Translations under genes and position numbers: made by a program
Notes under the pieces: generated by a model
Databases searched by the model: none
Told to the model about the DNA's origin: nothing
What the model saw: the letters and a program-made list of their open reading frames with translations, nothing else
Source: a virus
Taxonomy: Duplodnaviria > Caudoviricetes
DNA length: 64,000 bases
Reading direction: 5' to 3' (one strand)
Virus record (IMG/VR): IMGVR_UViG_3300044716_000140
Location: 1,338 to 65,337 of that record
In this document: piece by piece, positions 63,399-64,000 of the stretch
Position numbering within the stretch: the stretch's first letter is position 1
How the letters are laid out: every line of letters starts with the position of its first letter

Positions 63399-64000
63399 AT
63401 GCCAAACAACGACATCAACCGCACACGCTTCAGCAATCGTCATCGTCTTCTCGGTGATCCAGCAGGAGCAGGCGCACCGCAATCCGCTCTCACAGCAGAG
63501 TTGGCCCACAACGAAAACGACAACATCCTCTACATCGGAACTGGCAATGACGGAGCAGGTAATGCTACCGCCATCGTCCCAATCGCTGGTGAAGGTCACT
63601 TCTCGACCCGTAGCTACGCTGAGTCTCTGAGTGGTGGAGTTCAATCCGCCCTCGACGCAGAGGTTACTGCACGTCAAACTGCGGTGAGCGAGCTTTCGAG
63701 CCGAGTTGACGCTATTGTGTCCAACACGGATGCAGCGGCTCTTGACTCCCTCTCGGAAATCGTCACCGCTTTCCAAGGTGCGGATAGCGACCTCAATGGT
63801 GCTATCACCGCTCTTGGCACATCGGCCACATCGGCCATTGGTGCAGAGCAAACCCGTGCTGAAGCCGCAGAAGCCGCCCTCGCTTCGGATATCTCCGACG
63901 AAGAGGCCGCTCGTATCGCCGCTGATAACATCCTGACTGGCGATGTCAGCAATCTCGTAAGCCGCGCCAACACCAACGACACTCGTAGCACCGCTATTGA
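63399..64000 (+). CDS. coiled-coil virion fibre protein, N-terminal part (runs off the window; absent from the ORF track)
   Basis: MPNNDINRTRF...ELAHNENDNILYIG...AALDSLSEIVTAFQGAD...EQTRAEAAE; open to the end; capsid-like codon bias. Confidence 0.85.
   Translation, partial: MPNNDINRTRFSNRHRLLGDPAGAGAPQSALTAELAHNENDNILYIGTGNDGAGNATAIVPIAGEGHFSTRSYAESLSGGVQSALDAEVTARQTAVSELSSRVDAIVSNTDAAALDSLSEIVTAFQGADSDLNGAITALGTSATSAIGAEQTRAEAAEAALASDISDEEAARIAADNILTGDVSNLVSRANTNDTRSTAI

Noticed and set aside
1-64000. The many minus-strand ORFs in the six-frame track
   Set aside because: They lie antisense to well-supported, tightly coupled + strand genes and show no recognisable motifs, so they are treated as shadow ORFs.
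1-64000. CRISPR array, diversity-generating retroelement, retron or integrase
   Set aside because: No regularly spaced repeat-spacer array, no reverse transcriptase motifs, no TR/VR pair and no recombinase were seen by eye.
1-64000. Stop-codon reassignment
   Set aside because: Long genes are intact in the standard code, and TAA, TGA and TAG all end genes at tight junctions.

Overview
The window is almost certainly a near-complete genome of a tailed dsDNA bacteriophage, probably short-tailed (podovirus-like) and lytic: no integrase, repressor, DNA polymerase or RNA polymerase is recognisable. All credible genes are on the + strand. Both edges cut what looks like the same virion-fibre gene, so the genome is probably circular or permuted and slightly larger than 64 kb. 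Gene order: fibre and lectin genes; lysis cassette with an intein-split CHAP endolysin; several beta-helix tailspikes and fibres; tail adaptor and nozzle; ejection-protein cluster with GNAT-like, PAPS-reductase-like and YkgJ-like enzymes embedded in it; a giant polyvalent protein; an Erv1/ALR-like sulfhydryl oxidase; early small ORFs; recombination and replication genes (annealase, exonuclease, initiator with internal origin, DnaB, SSB-like, RusA-like); TerS; glycosyltransferase, methyltransferase, MazG and dCMP deaminase; intein-containing TerL; portal; GIY-YIG endonuclease; scaffold; two more glycosyltransferases; an ~860 bp highly structured intergenic region; major capsid protein; fibres. 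The most striking observations are: (1) an intein whose +1 residue is the catalytic Cys of the endolysin; (2) an Erv-type disulfide-forming enzyme in a phage with Cys-rich virion proteins; (3) a possible protein-modification cassette among MGxxxS/T and FGG-X ejection proteins; (4) an ~500-nt antisense structured RNA that shares a kissing-loop/terminator leader design with the replication-initiator leader; (5) RusA motifs split between two nested reading frames. All calls come from motif recognition by eye. No database search or folding program was run.
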